Below, piece after piece: positions 1 through 13,379 of a stretch of 64,000 nt of DNA. Numbering within the stretch: the first letter of the stretch is position 1; the number at the start of each line of letters is the position of its first letter. Below the pieces are notes generated by a model. The model was not told where the DNA came from and did not search any database. It saw nothing but the letters and a program-made list of their open reading frames with translations. This stretch comes from Phoronis australis (Eukaryota > Animalia > Phoronida). The position numbers and the translations under genes are program-made. The stretch is taken from the NCBI GenBank assembly GCA_002633005.1, contig NMRA01000926.1, positions 1 through 64,000 of the forward strand. The letters run 5' to 3'.

Positions 1-544
1 GGTACAAAGGTTATTAGTTTCTACACATAAACATGAAGATGAAATGTCAAGTATGTTCTGCCTTACAAAAGTAGTTTGGTCTTGCCTTTTCTTTTACAAT
101 TTGCTAATATATCTATTCTGTTACAGGCGAGAAAAAACAACTGAAACCAACCGCCTGACCATCTATTTCACCGTTGGACAAAGTGAAAAGCAATCCTTCA
201 GCAATAACCTGAGAGAATTGAATGTAATTCAGAAATTCATCACCTGATGTGCCTGATTATGGACTCCCTCGCAATGTTGTTTCTTTCTGTGCTTTTTCAG
301 TTTGCCATTTGTTTTTAAATACACTGATAATTGTTTATTCTCGAGTCTTGTGCATAGCAGATTCTTATCCAGCTAGCTACAATGGAAAACGTACAATAAG
401 ACAATCGATGCAGTCACTGAATGTCATTTCCCCATAATCTGTACCAAATTGAAAAGTTTTTACCAATAGTATAAAGCCTTTCTTCTGAAAGGAAAATTTA
501 ATGTCACTCAGCTCTTGGCTTTCATTTCACTGGGTTCTAGTTTC

Positions 545-2616
545 AATGGCCTATAGAAGCGCTTGTAAAAAAGGTCCAGTTTCAACACGTGGCTTTCTTT
601 CATGTAACGTCGTTCAGCCTCAATAACATCCACAATTAGACCCTTGATGGTAAACACAGCAGCATATCACTTGAATCGCTTTGAGCCCAAAATCAGACTC
701 TGAACTAGACCAGAGAGTGACTAGGTCTTCTTTAGCTTCAGTCCCTCATGTTTCTTCCAGGAAAGGGAATAAGCTATTGTCCACACATGACTCATTGTCT
801 ATGAAAGGGCATCCTCACCAACAAGGCTTATTTGTGCAGCAGTCAGATATATTTCGTCTGGATACACAGACAGTCCACTGGCACATTGTCTTATGGTAAC
901 TTAGAACTGCGACTCACATTTCTCCAGGGCCACTGACTTGCACATTGTGCCATGCAGCACTGCTGGTGTGTGGAAGTGCTGTCGGAAGAGAACGGAGTAA
1001 CAAAGCTTGTCTATGATACAGCTTGAAGTGGCCTTAAAATGTCACTGAACCTGGAACAAATATTGAAATATGAATAATTAAGTACTCCAGAATGGATCAA
1101 AAATGTTATCCCTGTTTTTCAAAAATATATGGTGATTGGTCTACAGTTTCACATAAAAGTAAATAATTACNNNNNNNNNNNNNNNNNNNNNNNNNNNNNN
1201 NNNNNNNNNNNNNNNNNNNNNNNNNNNNNNNNNNNNNNNNNNNNNNNNNNNNNNNNNNNNNNNNNNNNNNNNNNNNNNNNNNNNNNNNNNNNNNNNNNNN
1301 NNNNNNNNNNNNNNNNNNNNNNNNNNNNNNNNNNNNNNNNNNNNNNNNNNNNNNNNNNNNNNNNNNNNNNNNNNNNNNNNNNNNNNNNNNNNNNNNNNNN
1401 NNNNNNNNNNNNNNNNNNNNNNNNNNNNNNNNNNNNNNNNNNNNNNNNNNNNNNNNNNNNNNNNNNNNNNNNNNNNNNNNNNNNNNNNNNNNNNNNNNNN
1501 NNNNNNNNNNNNNNNNNNNNNNNNNNNNNNNNNNNNNNNNNNNNNNNNNNNNNNNNNNNNNNNNNNNNNNNNNNNNNNNNNNNNNNNNNNNNNNNNNNNN
1601 NNNNNNNNNNNNNNNNNNNNNNNNNNNNNNNNNNNNNNNNNNNNNNNNNNNNNNNNNNNNNNNNNNNATTTTCGTGGTTTTACAATTGATACAAGTAGCA
1701 AAACACTTTCATGAAATCAACTTGAAGGGACTTCGTGAAGGTTAAGAATTACCTCACCATGCTCTTTTCCCCAAACATGTACTACCTGTTATTTCCACAC
1801 ATTCAGTTGTACCAAATATTACAAAACCACCATGCCAATCCTCCCTCGGGACCTGAATAAGTAATTTAACAAAATGACTTTAAAAATAGCTGTTCCTTTT
1901 CAAAGGCTTTGTTCGTTGTCTCCAATATTGAAAGTAGCCTTTGACAACAGATCTGCACTGGATGGGAAGATCTTGTTGGTTAGCTGCAGTCAAATGCTAA
2001 AAACCAATTTTTGTCCATTCAGGGACGGTGCAGAAGCGATGCATATCCTCTCTGCACGGTACAAGCCTTCAAATCTAAAAACCAAAGGGTACGTGAAAAC
2101 TGACGTAATAGATTTCCATTTCAACGTGTAATAGATTTCCAGAAGACATATGATAGGGAGTAAACAAATACTAGTCTAATGCAATGGATATTTATCACTC
2201 ACGTACCCTTTGCCATTGGGATTGGATTGTAATCTTACTGACTCATTAACCTGTATCGAGTTGACAGCATAAACATTCAGCATTGATTGATGTAACTGTC
2301 ACTGACAAACTTTTAGAAATCATTCCAAACAATAATAATGCTTTGATGCACGAAAAGATCCCGATTGCTACGTCAAGTATCGTATAACATATCACAACAT
2401 ACTAAGATTAACCAGATTCTGGCTGGCGACTGACTGCCGCGAAGTCGACATCGGCGAGTGCCTCAGTTAACAGGCATCGGTAGAATAATCATGGAATAAT
2501 CGTTAAAATAATTACAAACCTTACCTTTGTATGAGGTCGTGCTTACTTCCTCTCACAGAATCACCCTTTTTACGCAATCTCAGATTTAGTTGGCACGACT
2601 GCAACCATTTTACCAT
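545..2616 (-). pseudogene. Degenerate spliced SAP-domain / YqaJ (lambda-exonuclease-like) gene
   Basis: Exon 2616-2525 reads MVKWLQSCQLNLRLRKKGDSVRGSKHDLIQ(R)|gtaagg (SAP-like) and continues after an acceptor near 2075. The exon from 1050 downward reads, with stops and shifts, HFHTPAVLHG..VALEKCESQF*VTIRQCASGLSVYPDEIYLTAAQISLVGED..LKLKKT..AVFTIKGLIVDVIE..LKLDLF..FYRP, which follows the YqaJ motif order. A gap lies in the middle. Confidence 0.65.
1171..1667. other. Assembly gap
   Basis: Run of N. Confidence 1.
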
Positions 2617-2708
2617 GTATTTAAAGGGCTCGCGAAATCGAGGCTCTTAATCTATCACCACTAGTACACGCACGCCCTCTAGTTATTGTAGATTTTCCGA
2701 ATAGCCCC

Positions 2709-3646
2709 ATTCGGTCACCTATTCAAGGACCCAGCTGGAAGACACTTTCAAGATGGCGGCTGTTGCGCATGTTCACACGGTTTCAATCTAAAAAAATAAT
2801 TGCAGGTGGTCTGTTACACGTTGTACCAGACGTGCGCAGGCCTCGCATGTGGGCCCATTGCACTGATCACATGGAAATATTTTTATGCTTTATTAATATA
2901 TGATTAAAACCGAGTTGAGGAGCTAGAAACCTGGCTCAAAGGTTTAGCAGTGTGACCTGGTGGGACTCGAACCCATGACCTCGAGTAAAGAAGGTGGGCA
3001 CTTATCAACCAGGCCACATTGTCTCCTCTCACGGTTTCAATCGTTCTGGTGTCGCATTTTTAACGGGAAGACCAAATGACGTGAATTTTTGCATGTGGAT
3101 TCCTTGAAGTATGGCCTTTCAAAAAGTCCTGGAGAGTGCATTTCTCAGACTTACGGTTTTCGAGTTATTTGACTTTGAATTTCAAAAAACGGCACATTTT
3201 CAATTTTTTCGAAAAATTTTTGGGTTTCTGCCAAACTATCACTTTAGATAGAGTTTGGAACGGGCCTCCAGAAAATATTTTCCATTTTGCGCTACGACGT
3301 CTACTTTTTGAATTAATCGAGATTTTTGGATGCCGTTGTTCCAATTCGGTCACCTATGCAAGGACCCAGCTGGCTGGCTTTCAGTTCACTTTGTTTTGGT
3401 TATGCCTAGTTGACCCAGACTGACCGAGCCAGCACTGTCCTACTATAGACTGGACCGTCATGATGCGCCATCTATTGTTCTTTATTGTACTTGATTCTAT
3501 GCTGTCTATTTGATTTCTTCGCTAGTCACATGAATGTTATCGTGTTATTCATAATTGCCGCCTTGATCGTCATGATTGTTGTTGTCCCCCTCATCGTCGT
3601 CTTTTCGATTAATTCCGCCAAGTGTCTCTCCTCCGAGCGCTCTGGG
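2709..3646 (+). mobile_element. 3' part of a Helentron-type non-autonomous (HINE-like) repeat
   Basis: Collinear with 23875-24800 and 25865-26618. Ends in AATTCCGCCAAGT plus a short hairpin (ctc..gagcgc) and a T-run. Confidence 0.7.
2789..3029 (-). mobile_element. tRNA-derived SINE with 13-bp TSD
   Basis: The minus strand has an A-box-like TGGCCTGGTTGA and a B-box GGTTCGAGTCCC. It is flanked by the direct repeat CACGGTTTCAATC (2776-2788 and 3030-3042), which occurs once in sibling repeat copies. The 3' end is T-rich. Confidence 0.75.
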
Positions 3647-5132
3647 TTTAATAGCGGTGTTGTTCGCTTGCAATTTGCGCAAACGCAGTTTCTTGTGTCA
3701 CTACGGAGTTGGAACTGAAATCCGAGTTGTCTTAGACTACGAAGTATCGCCTTCACGTGTTTTGGCAGAAAATGGTTGCTGCAACGCTATTGAGTGGATT
3801 GGGAGTTATCGCCAACATTTAGTGATTCAAAAAGTTCACTGGTTCTAGCAAATCCGTGGAAACAGTAGAAATCGTCGTGCTAGGTTCGCCAGCAAAAATA
3901 GCCAACTGACACAGCAAGAAGACCCGGAATGAAAAACCTGAGGTGCTAGGACGCACATTGACTAAATTGTGTTAAAAATGACAGTCAAACCGTGTTTTAT
4001 ATCATGTATAACCGGCATGACGATTGTTCGTGTGGTTTCAAAATCTTTTTACCCTTATCATAAACAATGTCTAACTACAATAAGCACCGGTTAATTGCTA
4101 ACAGACAGATCAGACCCATACTCCAAAACCACGCATGAGTGGATGGAATTAGTTTTGACCAGCTGCATCAGTTTAATAAACAGTTTGAGGGATATAAACC
4201 AAATGGACAGTTTATAACCAAGCTTACTGTGCTTAATGCGAACACCGGGGATTATATAGATGAACCAGTGAGACAAGTGAAAACACGAAATACCAGTTTC
4301 AACATATACTCAATATCGAACAATAAGGATGAAAAACACCCCCTCAACCGTCTTCCTGTATATTTTAGGTAATTCAAGTTGATAAAAACGTTCTATGCAT
4401 CCCAAAGTATGACTGAAGCTAAGCAAGGTGACCTGACAGCTTAGGAATTCACTAGTGTCACAATTTCATAAATTGTTCTTTTTTCATGGTTGAATGTAAG
4501 GTCTTTCATTAGGTAACTTTAAAAATTCAAGTGTCTACATGTATCTCCAAAATGATAACAAAAATTCACTTATTTGCAACTTATTAGTGATTTTCTTGCT
4601 CTCAGAATTAGTTTTGGTTATATGTTCAATCAAACTTCCCCCATATACTTGTTTAGCAATATTGAAGTAAACAAGTCAGCTACACAGTGGTCATTCACAG
4701 ACCAAGGGTCATGAGCCATAAGTCTGCAACTGTGAATTGCTTCAACATGATAGTTCCTGGAATCCCATGTACAGGAGTCTGTACCCTGCATGTCTTCGTT
4801 TATTTCATTTGACCTGCATCCACTTCAGGTATGCACTGAGACTGTTTCATACATGACAGTGGAGACATACAGTGTAACTAGGAGAAATAGATCGGAGACT
4901 TCAGTCACAAAACAGCACCAAAATACCCCAAAACATTGAAATTACTATGTACTCACAGTACGCAATGCTCTTCAATTAAGTATTAGTAACATTTACACAT
5001 GCAATCACTAATTGGTTATTCAGTTTATGTTATGCCAGTGTCTGTTTCATTAGATTTTGGCACCCAGGATACTTTATACGATTTTGGTACTTAATGGATT
5101 AAAGACAAGAAAGTGTTTCAAATATGCCAAGC

Positions 5133-5370
5133 ATGCGCGCATCCACCTTAAAATATGGGATGGGGGGGCTCTAAATTTTGGTGTGCGGACCTTTTACTGA
5201 AAAAATCAACGAAGACTAAGACAAAAACGTGGCTACTAGGTTCAGGCCTATGGAATGTGCATCCGCGCCGAATTCCTGTGGGCTTTGTGGATTTTTGTCT
5301 CGTTTATTCGTCTTTTTTGTTTCGCTGAGGCGGACCTTTGTGCCCAATTCGCCAAACTGGGGAGCTCATC
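5133..5370 (+). repeat. Truncated copy of the CATGCGCG-terminal MITE family
   Basis: Similar to 43333-43585 and 49975-50127 (catgcgcgca..aaaatatggg..ggaccttt..ttcaggcc). Confidence 0.6.
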
Positions 5371-5437
5371 TCCTCTATACAGACGACTGAAAACGCGACA
5401 TGACTACACCAGAGATCGTCATGGACTGAAACACTTG

Positions 5438-6593
5438 CAGCCGATTTCATAAGGGTGGTTTAAAGTTAAACCAGGTTTAAACTGGACTTAGACCAGGTTT
5501 AATGATAATCTGCATTTCATAAAGGTGGTTTAACTTTTAGACCAGTGGTCTTGTAAAACCTGGTTTAACTCCAGTTTAGACCTGGTCTAAGTCAGTTTTC
5601 ATTTCACCAACGAGGTCTATATTCTTTAGACCTGTATTAAGATCTTAAACCATGTTTAACTTTAGACTTGGGCAGACCCAGGTTTAACTGTTAAATATGT
5701 CAGACTTGCATGATATAGGTACAAGTGAACGATGCCGCGGTGCGCAATTGCGACGCGGTTTTAGAGCGAAAATGGACTATTTTCATTATTCAGGTTTGCT
5801 ACGACACAAGATCAAACGTAGCAGGGGCAGATCCAGGATTATTTTAGGAGAGGGGACGGTCAAGGTCTTTTTGAAAGGGGGGACCAAGTCAACAATTTGA
5901 AATTGTAGATTTGATATCATTAAAATCAAGGGAAAAAGGGGGCTCCGGACCCCTTGACCCCCCTGGATCCGCCTATGCTTAGACCAGTACGTGCTGGAGT
6001 GTGTCCTGCGGATTCCTCAGAATACGACTGGTCGAGCAGGTCTCATCGTCGCAAGCCCTACGGATTTGACTTAAGACAGCATCCTCTGATTCTTTTGACT
6101 GAGTTCCACCTCCACTGTTCTCCGATTCAATGTTGCCGGGAAGGGGTCGTGCCCCCCTTTGGCCGCGAAAAATAAAAACTAAAATGACACAGAAATAAAT
6201 TTGGGCATTGATCATGTTACATCTAATCGTGAGCATGTTCTTTAATGTGTGTGTGTGCTGGGCACACAAATTACATTTTGCCTCATGAGAAAAGCTTTTA
6301 AACCTTTGTCGTTAATGTCTGCACTGATTCTACTGGTGTATGCCATTTTATACCCACGTGATCAAGGTTTCATTGAAGCATTTCAATAGTTTCTTTGTTG
6401 GGTTTACCCACCTCGACACAGTGGGGTGCCTTTGATACTTTAAACCTGGTTCTACTGAACCAGCTCCCTGGTCTAGCAAAACCAGGCCTTCAGACTCTTA
6501 AACCATGTTGGTGAAATGCAAGTTATACCTAAAATTAAATCAGGTTTAAGTCTTAAACCTGGTTTTGTCAAACCACCTTTATGAAATCGGCTG
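5438..6593. mobile_element. PIF/Harbinger-like non-autonomous element
   Basis: TIR CAGCCGATTTCATAA(G/A)GGTGGTTT at both ends, with many internal AAACC(A/T)GGTTT palindromes. A minus-strand remnant near 6400-6440 reads VSKA/TVSRWVN, like the Harbinger transposase HTH region. TSD is not clean. Confidence 0.65.
5822..5977. mobile_element. MITE (CAGGGGC.GATCCAGG termini) nested in the Harbinger-like element
   Basis: caggggcagatccagg ... cctggatccgcctatg; flanks cgtag/cttag form an imperfect 5-bp TSD. Confidence 0.65.
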
Positions 6594-7029
6594 TGGTTAT
6601 TAAGTTAAGACAAAGAACGTCGTGGTTAACTCTCTATTCGTGTGCAATGATAATAACTACTTAACATGTGGTCCGTAATACTAGACCTAGGTACGCATAT
6701 GCAACATGGACCACCGGGAGTAGACTGCGGACAACTGCCAGATCTAAACATCTGTGATCCGCAACAGGGTGTAGTCGGGAGATGTCAAGCTCCAGGAATC
6801 TCTCAAGGCAAACCGTATGAGACGAAAGATACAGCTGCAGTCAGAACAAACTCAAGTTACGACATTCAATTGCAGTGACTGCCTAAAGGCAGGCCTTTCT
6901 CGCTTGGGTTTCCTAACCATACTCGAAGCTACAGGATAAGATTTATCAGAAATCATAAAAACCACACTCTCCCTTTGTCATGGGGTTGGTCGCATTAAAA
7001 CCAGTAGATCCACTGTAGTAACTATTACA

Positions 7030-7660
7030 GACTTTTGTTACACCATTTTCAATTTCTTTTCTATGTCTAGCACCACACCTTTCTGCTCCATAGAACAAAA
7101 CGGGTGGAATCATTGTGTCTAAAATTTAAAAGCTAACAGCGCGTTCTTCTAGGTAACATTTGACACCGAAAATGTTTCATAGATATATTGCTTTGCATGT
7201 TTTTGTTTTTGTTTAAGTTGTCGAATTTAATCTACTAGAAAATACAATCCCTACATATTTATAGTAGCTGTAAAACTTCAAAGCAAGACCCCGGTAATGA
7301 TACCATTTTCTGTTCTTTTCAATTGTTGACCTTTCTTGGAAACAACTATGTTTGATTTCTTGATGTTTACAGACATACATGTATTACTCTATAATTTTTT
7401 TCTAGCACATTTAATCGTCTAATTTCCTAAATAATGGAGTCATCAACTAGAATAACATCGTCGTCATACATGTATGGCAATAAATACACATTTTCAATGG
7501 CGGGGTCAACTTGAATGCCAATTCCCTTTTGAGTTTCCATGTCAATAACAAGTTCATTTATACACAAAGAGAATAATAATGGGTTTTTAATTAACATACA
7601 ACCTTCTCTGACTTCAGTCTTGCCCTCAAGAGGTTGATACGGAATAAATTGCATTATTCA
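7030..7660 (-). mobile_element. L2/CR1-group LINE reverse transcriptase fragment
   Basis: ORF 7427-7654 reads VREGCML..PLLFSLCINEL..GIGIQ..LLPYMYDDDVIL, a degenerate GVRQGC/SPLLF/YADD. Downstream fragments match VNIKKSNIVV and YKYVGI. Confidence 0.75.
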
Positions 7661-8617
7661 AAGAAGTTCTCTGCCAATAAAACAGAATTCAACTTGTTCG
7701 CCAAGAATTTTTATGACTTTATTTCTGAAAATTTTGAATTTTCCTTGATGTGAAAGCATTTTTCTTTTAGTTGCAAATTCCAAAACGAAAGCAATCCGCT
7801 AACTGCTCCTCATTTCGTTGATTTTTGTCCCACAAGGCAAAGAACATCTCTTTAGCAAGACAAAGACGTAGCACATTTCCTTTTATGGAAAATGTGACCG
7901 TTTGCCTTGATGTAAACAAAACAATTATTACTTCAAGCAGCAGTCACTTCGATCAAGAAGCAATTATTTTAAGTCCGAAGTGGTTAGAAATTAGCTATAA
8001 AGGTATCATAGTACTCAAATGTATTCTAAAATGCACTTCGAATTCTTTTTTTGGAAAATTACTTTCTTCACTGGCTTGCCTCATACTGTACTGTCAACCT
8101 CAGATCCGGAGCGCTACAACACATGATAATCTCCAGTCAGCTGTTAGTCGAATGAATGTGTTTACATGTGCGCATTTATCACAAGTGGGAATGAGATTAG
8201 AAACTCTGTGGTTACCAGCGAGTATTTCGCGCGTGATTATTTCAAAATTGTGAATTCCGTATTTTTTCGGGAAATTTGTTCACGAAGGGAAATGTACAGC
8301 TCTGTAATAAACGTTACGGTATGGTACTTTCGTCAGTTATTGTTTGAAAAATATTTTTGGCTAATTTTCGCGTTCCATCCCTCTATAAAGTTCTGGCATT
8401 ATGGTTTGTTTAATGTTTTTCACCTACAAACATGTTTCCCTGAGTAGATATTGAAGAAACTGATCTTATCAATTTTTGCTTTAATCTCTGTAACGCAAGT
8501 CTGCACCACATACTGTTATTGCATTTTGTATTGGACTCGAAATGTTACTTGAAATGAACTAAACAGTTGAAATTCACAACACTTTTATCATTTAGCGCCC
8601 TGTCGTTCTCAAAGGAA

Positions 8618-8725
8618 ATGGACCAATACAAAACAATTAAAGAACTTGGGGGAGGTGCATTCGGCACAGTTTACAAAGCCAAGGACAAGTATAGTGGCAA
8701 AGAAGTAGCCATCAAGAGGATTGAG
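8618..8725 (+). CDS. Ser/Thr protein kinase, first coding exon (subdomains I-II)
   Basis: ATG at 8618 reads MDQYKTIKELGGGAFGTVYKAKDKYSGKEVAIKRIE, containing the GxGxFGxV loop and VAIK lysine. It ends exactly at a phase-0 donor GAG|gtaag (8726). An acceptor tttag at 8591-8595 suggests an upstream non-coding exon. Confidence 0.88.
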
Positions 8726-10393
8726 GTAAGAGTAGAAACTGACCGGTTCATAAATTAACTTGAGTCTCGTACTCTTAATTTTGGGTGTTGTGTGACATTA
8801 TTTGCAGCTACAGAAACAATATGTGAATTGGTAGTTTGAACTTGCGATTAGCGTAGCTCCAACACTGAAACCCATTTGCAGCGCCACCACCTGGTCTTCA
8901 GTTATTTTGCCCCCTCCGCTCCCCGTATCTAAAGCAAATTTGTACTTAGGTGGGACCCTTAACTTTGAAAAATATTTGATGAAATTACTACCGGTTATTT
9001 CAGACATAATCTAGTTGTTAATTACTGTTGCCACTACCCTTAATAAACAGTGCCTGCATTGCAGTTGTAATATCTGTGTTTATGAATACCATTTCACCCA
9101 AAGTACCGTCATCACAACATGACTGATTGTTTCCAAGTATGCCTACACACGAGATTTTTTGGCATTCGCTGGTACACGCTGAAGTTCGTATGTTATTGCT
9201 ATAAATTCGTAGTCACGTGACACAGAGTTACGGCAATGGGATATACCAAGCACTTGGTAGCGATAGGTAAAGGCAGTATCCACCCAATGTCGACCAACAG
9301 ACAAGGAATATTCAGTCACAACTGAAATGGCCAAGAAAGTGCTACTGCACTCAACTGATACGATATCGAACAACGCAGGTTTGCAGTCAATCACCACTGG
9401 CAAACTCGGAAGATCACGTGACAAATTTTCAGTTGATATTATTAAAATAGTCATAGATTTGTAAAATTTTGAATTTTAACATTTTTGACATCAAAACTCA
9501 CATACCTCTAGGTGGTTGATGATCCACATGTTCGAAGGTCGATATGTCCAAAAACTACATGCGTGAAGTCGTGTAGGGTGAAGGGCTTATGAACCTCAGA
9601 CTTGTGAACTTCCGGACCACGCACGAGAATCAAAGCGAAATCTGAAAAGTGGGATGAAGCTATCTCCCTGTAATTATCATGCGTAATTCTTCATGAATAA
9701 AGTTGCATATTGCTCAGTCTAATCGCCTTTGAATTCGTTGTGTCAGAAACGAAATAATTATTAGTTGAATTCGCGTATTTGTAACATATATGAACATAGC
9801 AATTAAAGAAGTTATCTTGAATGTCCTTTATTATTTTCTAATTGCTTCAGTGTTTCTTACATGTAGGTAGATAAAGAACACATATAATTCCTTCCACTGA
9901 CATCCGCGGAAGAATACAAACCACCAACAACAGAGTACAATCATAATAAAAAAGCAAAGATCATTTGTTAAATTAAGACTGCTGGCTTCTACTATAAACC
10001 TGGCTTCCATCATAATCATCGCGATATATTTACGAGCACCGAATTGAATTTCAGGGTTGTTCAAGCCTTTTTTCTTATAATATGGTCTTTCGTAGGTGCG
10101 AAAAACTTGCTGATCGTGCATACAAAAATGTTAAAGTGTCAATAAAAAAACTCCCGAGGATTCATCACGTGACACATCGCGGGGTGGAACCAAACCATGT
10201 TCAGCTGTGTTCAACATTTGCTGCTTAAATGAGGAAAGGAGAAACATGGAAACTGCTGAAAGTGTAGTAAAAAAACAACCAGTTCATTTTCGAAACAAGT
10301 AAAACATTAGTTTATAATGAGAAACAGCAAAACCACACTTATTCAAAGTCACTAATCGCTTTTTATCCGACCCGTATGTCCACTAGGTGCACA

Positions 10394-10539
10394 CATGAGC
10401 GGCGCACCATAGGGGGCTTGGGGGCTACAGCCTCCCACTTTTTTCAGTGCTATGCCGGACGTGGTCTATAGGCGGTCCACCACAAGGGGCTGAGGGGGCT
10501 TTAGCACTCCTAACTTTTTTCAGTGCTGCGCCGCCCATG
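10394..10539. mobile_element. MITE with CATG termini and 5-bp TSD
   Basis: TIR CATG(A/G)GCGGCGCA, perfect TSD GCACA on both sides, internally a dimer of a ~75-bp unit. Confidence 0.75.
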
Positions 10540-13189
10540 GCACAGATACCTTTAAATGAATACAGTGCAGTGTAATCTACAAACTAGTGTTTTAAATACA
10601 TGTATACATGTATCAACAGCAACGTGCGCTCAACAGACATACTCTAAAAACGCAGCATGTTTTACAAACAAATCGCACGACAACTGGTGCAAAACACCCA
10701 GTACAATCAGAAGGAAAACAAACATAAACCAGGATTGGTTTCAAGATTAGAGACTGCTTGGAATCCAAGATTAGTGACTTGCTGGAGACAGTGGGTGACT
10801 GAACTATTCAAAGCTTGATGGTCTGTTTATTCAAAAATAAACATGAAAGTAAATGTGAATATTCTTTAGTATAGTTTATTACTTACATGCAGTAACAATG
10901 AAACATAGCCGCAGAACGCATGGCTATATGTCAAAGTTGTATCATGTGAAATTAAAATGGTAAAGACGTTATTAACAAAAATAAACTTTCATTCACTTAT
11001 GACTCAGAAAACAAAGCATTCACAACACAACGATGCATATTAATCTTCAAGGGAATCACCAATAAAATGTTGTTCAAATTTGTTTTTCACATGGATATTT
11101 AGTTTAATTCTGGGTCAGCAATTTCCATTCAAAAGGGATAAATCTTTACTTTTTAGGAAGAATTCTATTACGATTGTGTCTAAACTGAAAGTTGCATGAA
11201 AACCAAGATTCGCGGTGGCTGGCAACGCGATAATTAGATGCAGATCTTTGCCTCAGGCTAAACATGTGTATTCCAGACAGTAGACTTCCTAATTTTTGGG
11301 CCTAAGACCACCCGCACGAATCACTGGAGGCCGTGCGGACGCTTTTCTCAGACTCTACTCAACATGAAAACAAGATTGACCTACAGTGTACTTTAATAGT
11401 GAGCTCACACTGAACCCGTCACTGTAAAAATAATTACATGTTATTCTGTGAGAGGATTTTTTTCGTTCAATGGTCGCAATCAGTTGCGGATTTAGAGGGG
11501 GGCCAAGGGGTGCGTCATCTGACGGGCAAAATCCTGGCTAATATTCTGCCCTCTCCCTATATAAAAATCCGCCCCAGGTATTTCATTCAACTTTGTGGTT
11601 GTAATGAATACGGCAACATCTTCCTACGCGAGGTGAGTGTTATGTTATTTACAGGCAACTGCAAAAATTTTATCTATATTTCGGTTTGCAAGCCACGGTT
11701 AGATTTTACCGGATTATTTACGTAAGTCAGTGACAAACATTCCTGCGTATGCCCTAATCCTAACGCTATCAACGCGGATTGTGTGGCAAGCCTCTCGTGC
11801 TGTTCTTTGGATAATTTGGTACTTACGAACAAACTTATGTTTTGTTGGACTAATGTACATTCGGACTTATGGTACTTTAAAACCTCTCAGACGAAGATTC
11901 CTGAGTCTACCGGGCTTACGAGCTTTCCGACTTGTGGAGCCTTGAAGTATCGAGAGGTTACCTCCTGACAAGGATGAGTTAAAATTTTAGTTTAAAACTC
12001 ATTTTGCTAAAGCGTTTAATGTTTTTTAGGACCTTATTGACAGCTCGGACCAAATACATGTATCTGCAATTAAATTTTAACTCAGCAAATATTTTGAATT
12101 TTCTGAGATCAAGAAAACACATAAAATTTGATTCACTGATTTTTATCAATAGAGACATCAATTAGGTCATATGACAAGGTGTTATAATATTAAATCTAGC
12201 AAAAAGAGAAGTACATTGACAGCTAAACAACGCTATCAATAACATGATCAACTTTTATTTGATATGAATGTTTAAGATGGAATCACGGAAACACCGTTGA
12301 AGTTTCTTAATCATCACTTTTTCATGAGAACTACAAAAATCCTTTCGTGCTCTAAAATGTAGTATTTTGGAAGCAATTCTTAATAACATTTTGGAGATTA
12401 ATACATTAAGTAAAGTATCAAAAAGTTTCATTTGGATCCAAACTGTCATTTCTGATATACGGTGTTCCGAATTTGGGGACAAATTTAAACATTTCTTCTA
12501 GGGTCCTGCAAAATTTTAAGGCCAAATATCAACATTACTATAGCCCTCTAGTACCTAAAAGTGGTCCTGTGAAGTTATGATCAATTGGACCAAAAAATTC
12601 CCTATGTGGGCATAAAATCGGGGCACATACCTTGGTTTGAGGGTTTCTCGTATACGTACTGTGGGGCACAGGAGTGACCCGAAAAAGTGAAGTGAGCATT
12701 TTTTTGACACCTTGTATTCTTAAGTGGGTCTGAAACACTTAACTTGTGTGAAATGCAGCCAGCGATTTAGTCTTGTAGATGAGTAACCGCAATCAAGGAC
12801 TTTTCTCAATTGATGGATCTGTATACGCAAGCATTTCTCACAAGAGCAAGGCGGAGTGTTGAAATGCGCCCACGTCAGCACGGCAACCAGTATAAATCTA
12901 CGGTGTTTTTAGTGGCATAAATGTGCCCATTTGATGCAGCACAATCCGTCCGAATTGAGGAGATGGCATTCCCTCTCTAATAGACAAATACATGTGTAAG
13001 GCGATATTTTCTCAAATGAGACAATATTAATTAGTCTCAAAGTGTGCGGAACGGTTCTGCACTTTTTTAATATCCACTTAGGGCCATAAAAATGGTATGT
13101 AACAAAGCTATACCTTACCCTAAACATGTTTACAATGTTACATTTTTATTTCCTCAATTAGCATTTTCATAATTAGAAGTTCAATTTTT

Positions 13190-13315
13190 GCCTTGCGGAA
13201 TATTCCGCACTGAGTGCGGAATATTCTGCAAATGTGCGGAATATTCCGCAGATTTTGCGGAATATTACACAGATTTTGCTGAATATTACGCAGATTTTGC
13301 GGAATATTACGCACT
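13190..13315. repeat. Minisatellite of palindromic GCGGAATATTCCGC units (~21 bp period)
   Basis: About six copies of tgcggaatatt(c/a)cgcagattt. Confidence 0.85.
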
Positions 13316-13379
13316 GCACAAACAGAAAAGTTTAGCACAGGACTAAAATTTGTAATTTTCTCCGGGCCCAATAAACATG

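Larger units (their letters stand above)
1..2708. mobile_element. ISL2EU-like DNA transposon relic (right part; left part lies outside the window)
   Basis: Contains a degenerate SAP...YqaJ gene. The terminus ...GAATAGCCCC|AT at 2708 sits at the AT of the host repeat motif ccaATtcggtcacc (intact copy at ~3341). Bases ~125-320 on + weakly resemble the C-terminus of a convergent DDE_Tnp_4 transposase. ISL2EU elements are known to carry a YqaJ exonuclease and to duplicate AT. Confidence 0.55.

Noticed and set aside
1129-1701. 186-aa ORFs on both strands
   Set aside because: They are artefacts of the N gap.
2940-3029. tRNA gene
   Set aside because: It has Pol III boxes but no convincing cloverleaf, and it is the head of a TSD-flanked SINE.
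3485-3718. Hydrophobic membrane-protein-like ORF (also at 24645 and 26465)
   Set aside because: It is a translation of the GTC/ATC-rich 3' part of the HINE repeat, and the frames are not conserved beyond the repeat.
8878-8896. CTCF-like motif near kinase exon 1
   Set aside because: Two core positions mismatch, and a single weak hit is not supportable.
11950-12716. Complete Tc1/mariner-like element
   Set aside because: Only one TA|CAAGGTGT-type end is visible and no partner TIR was found.
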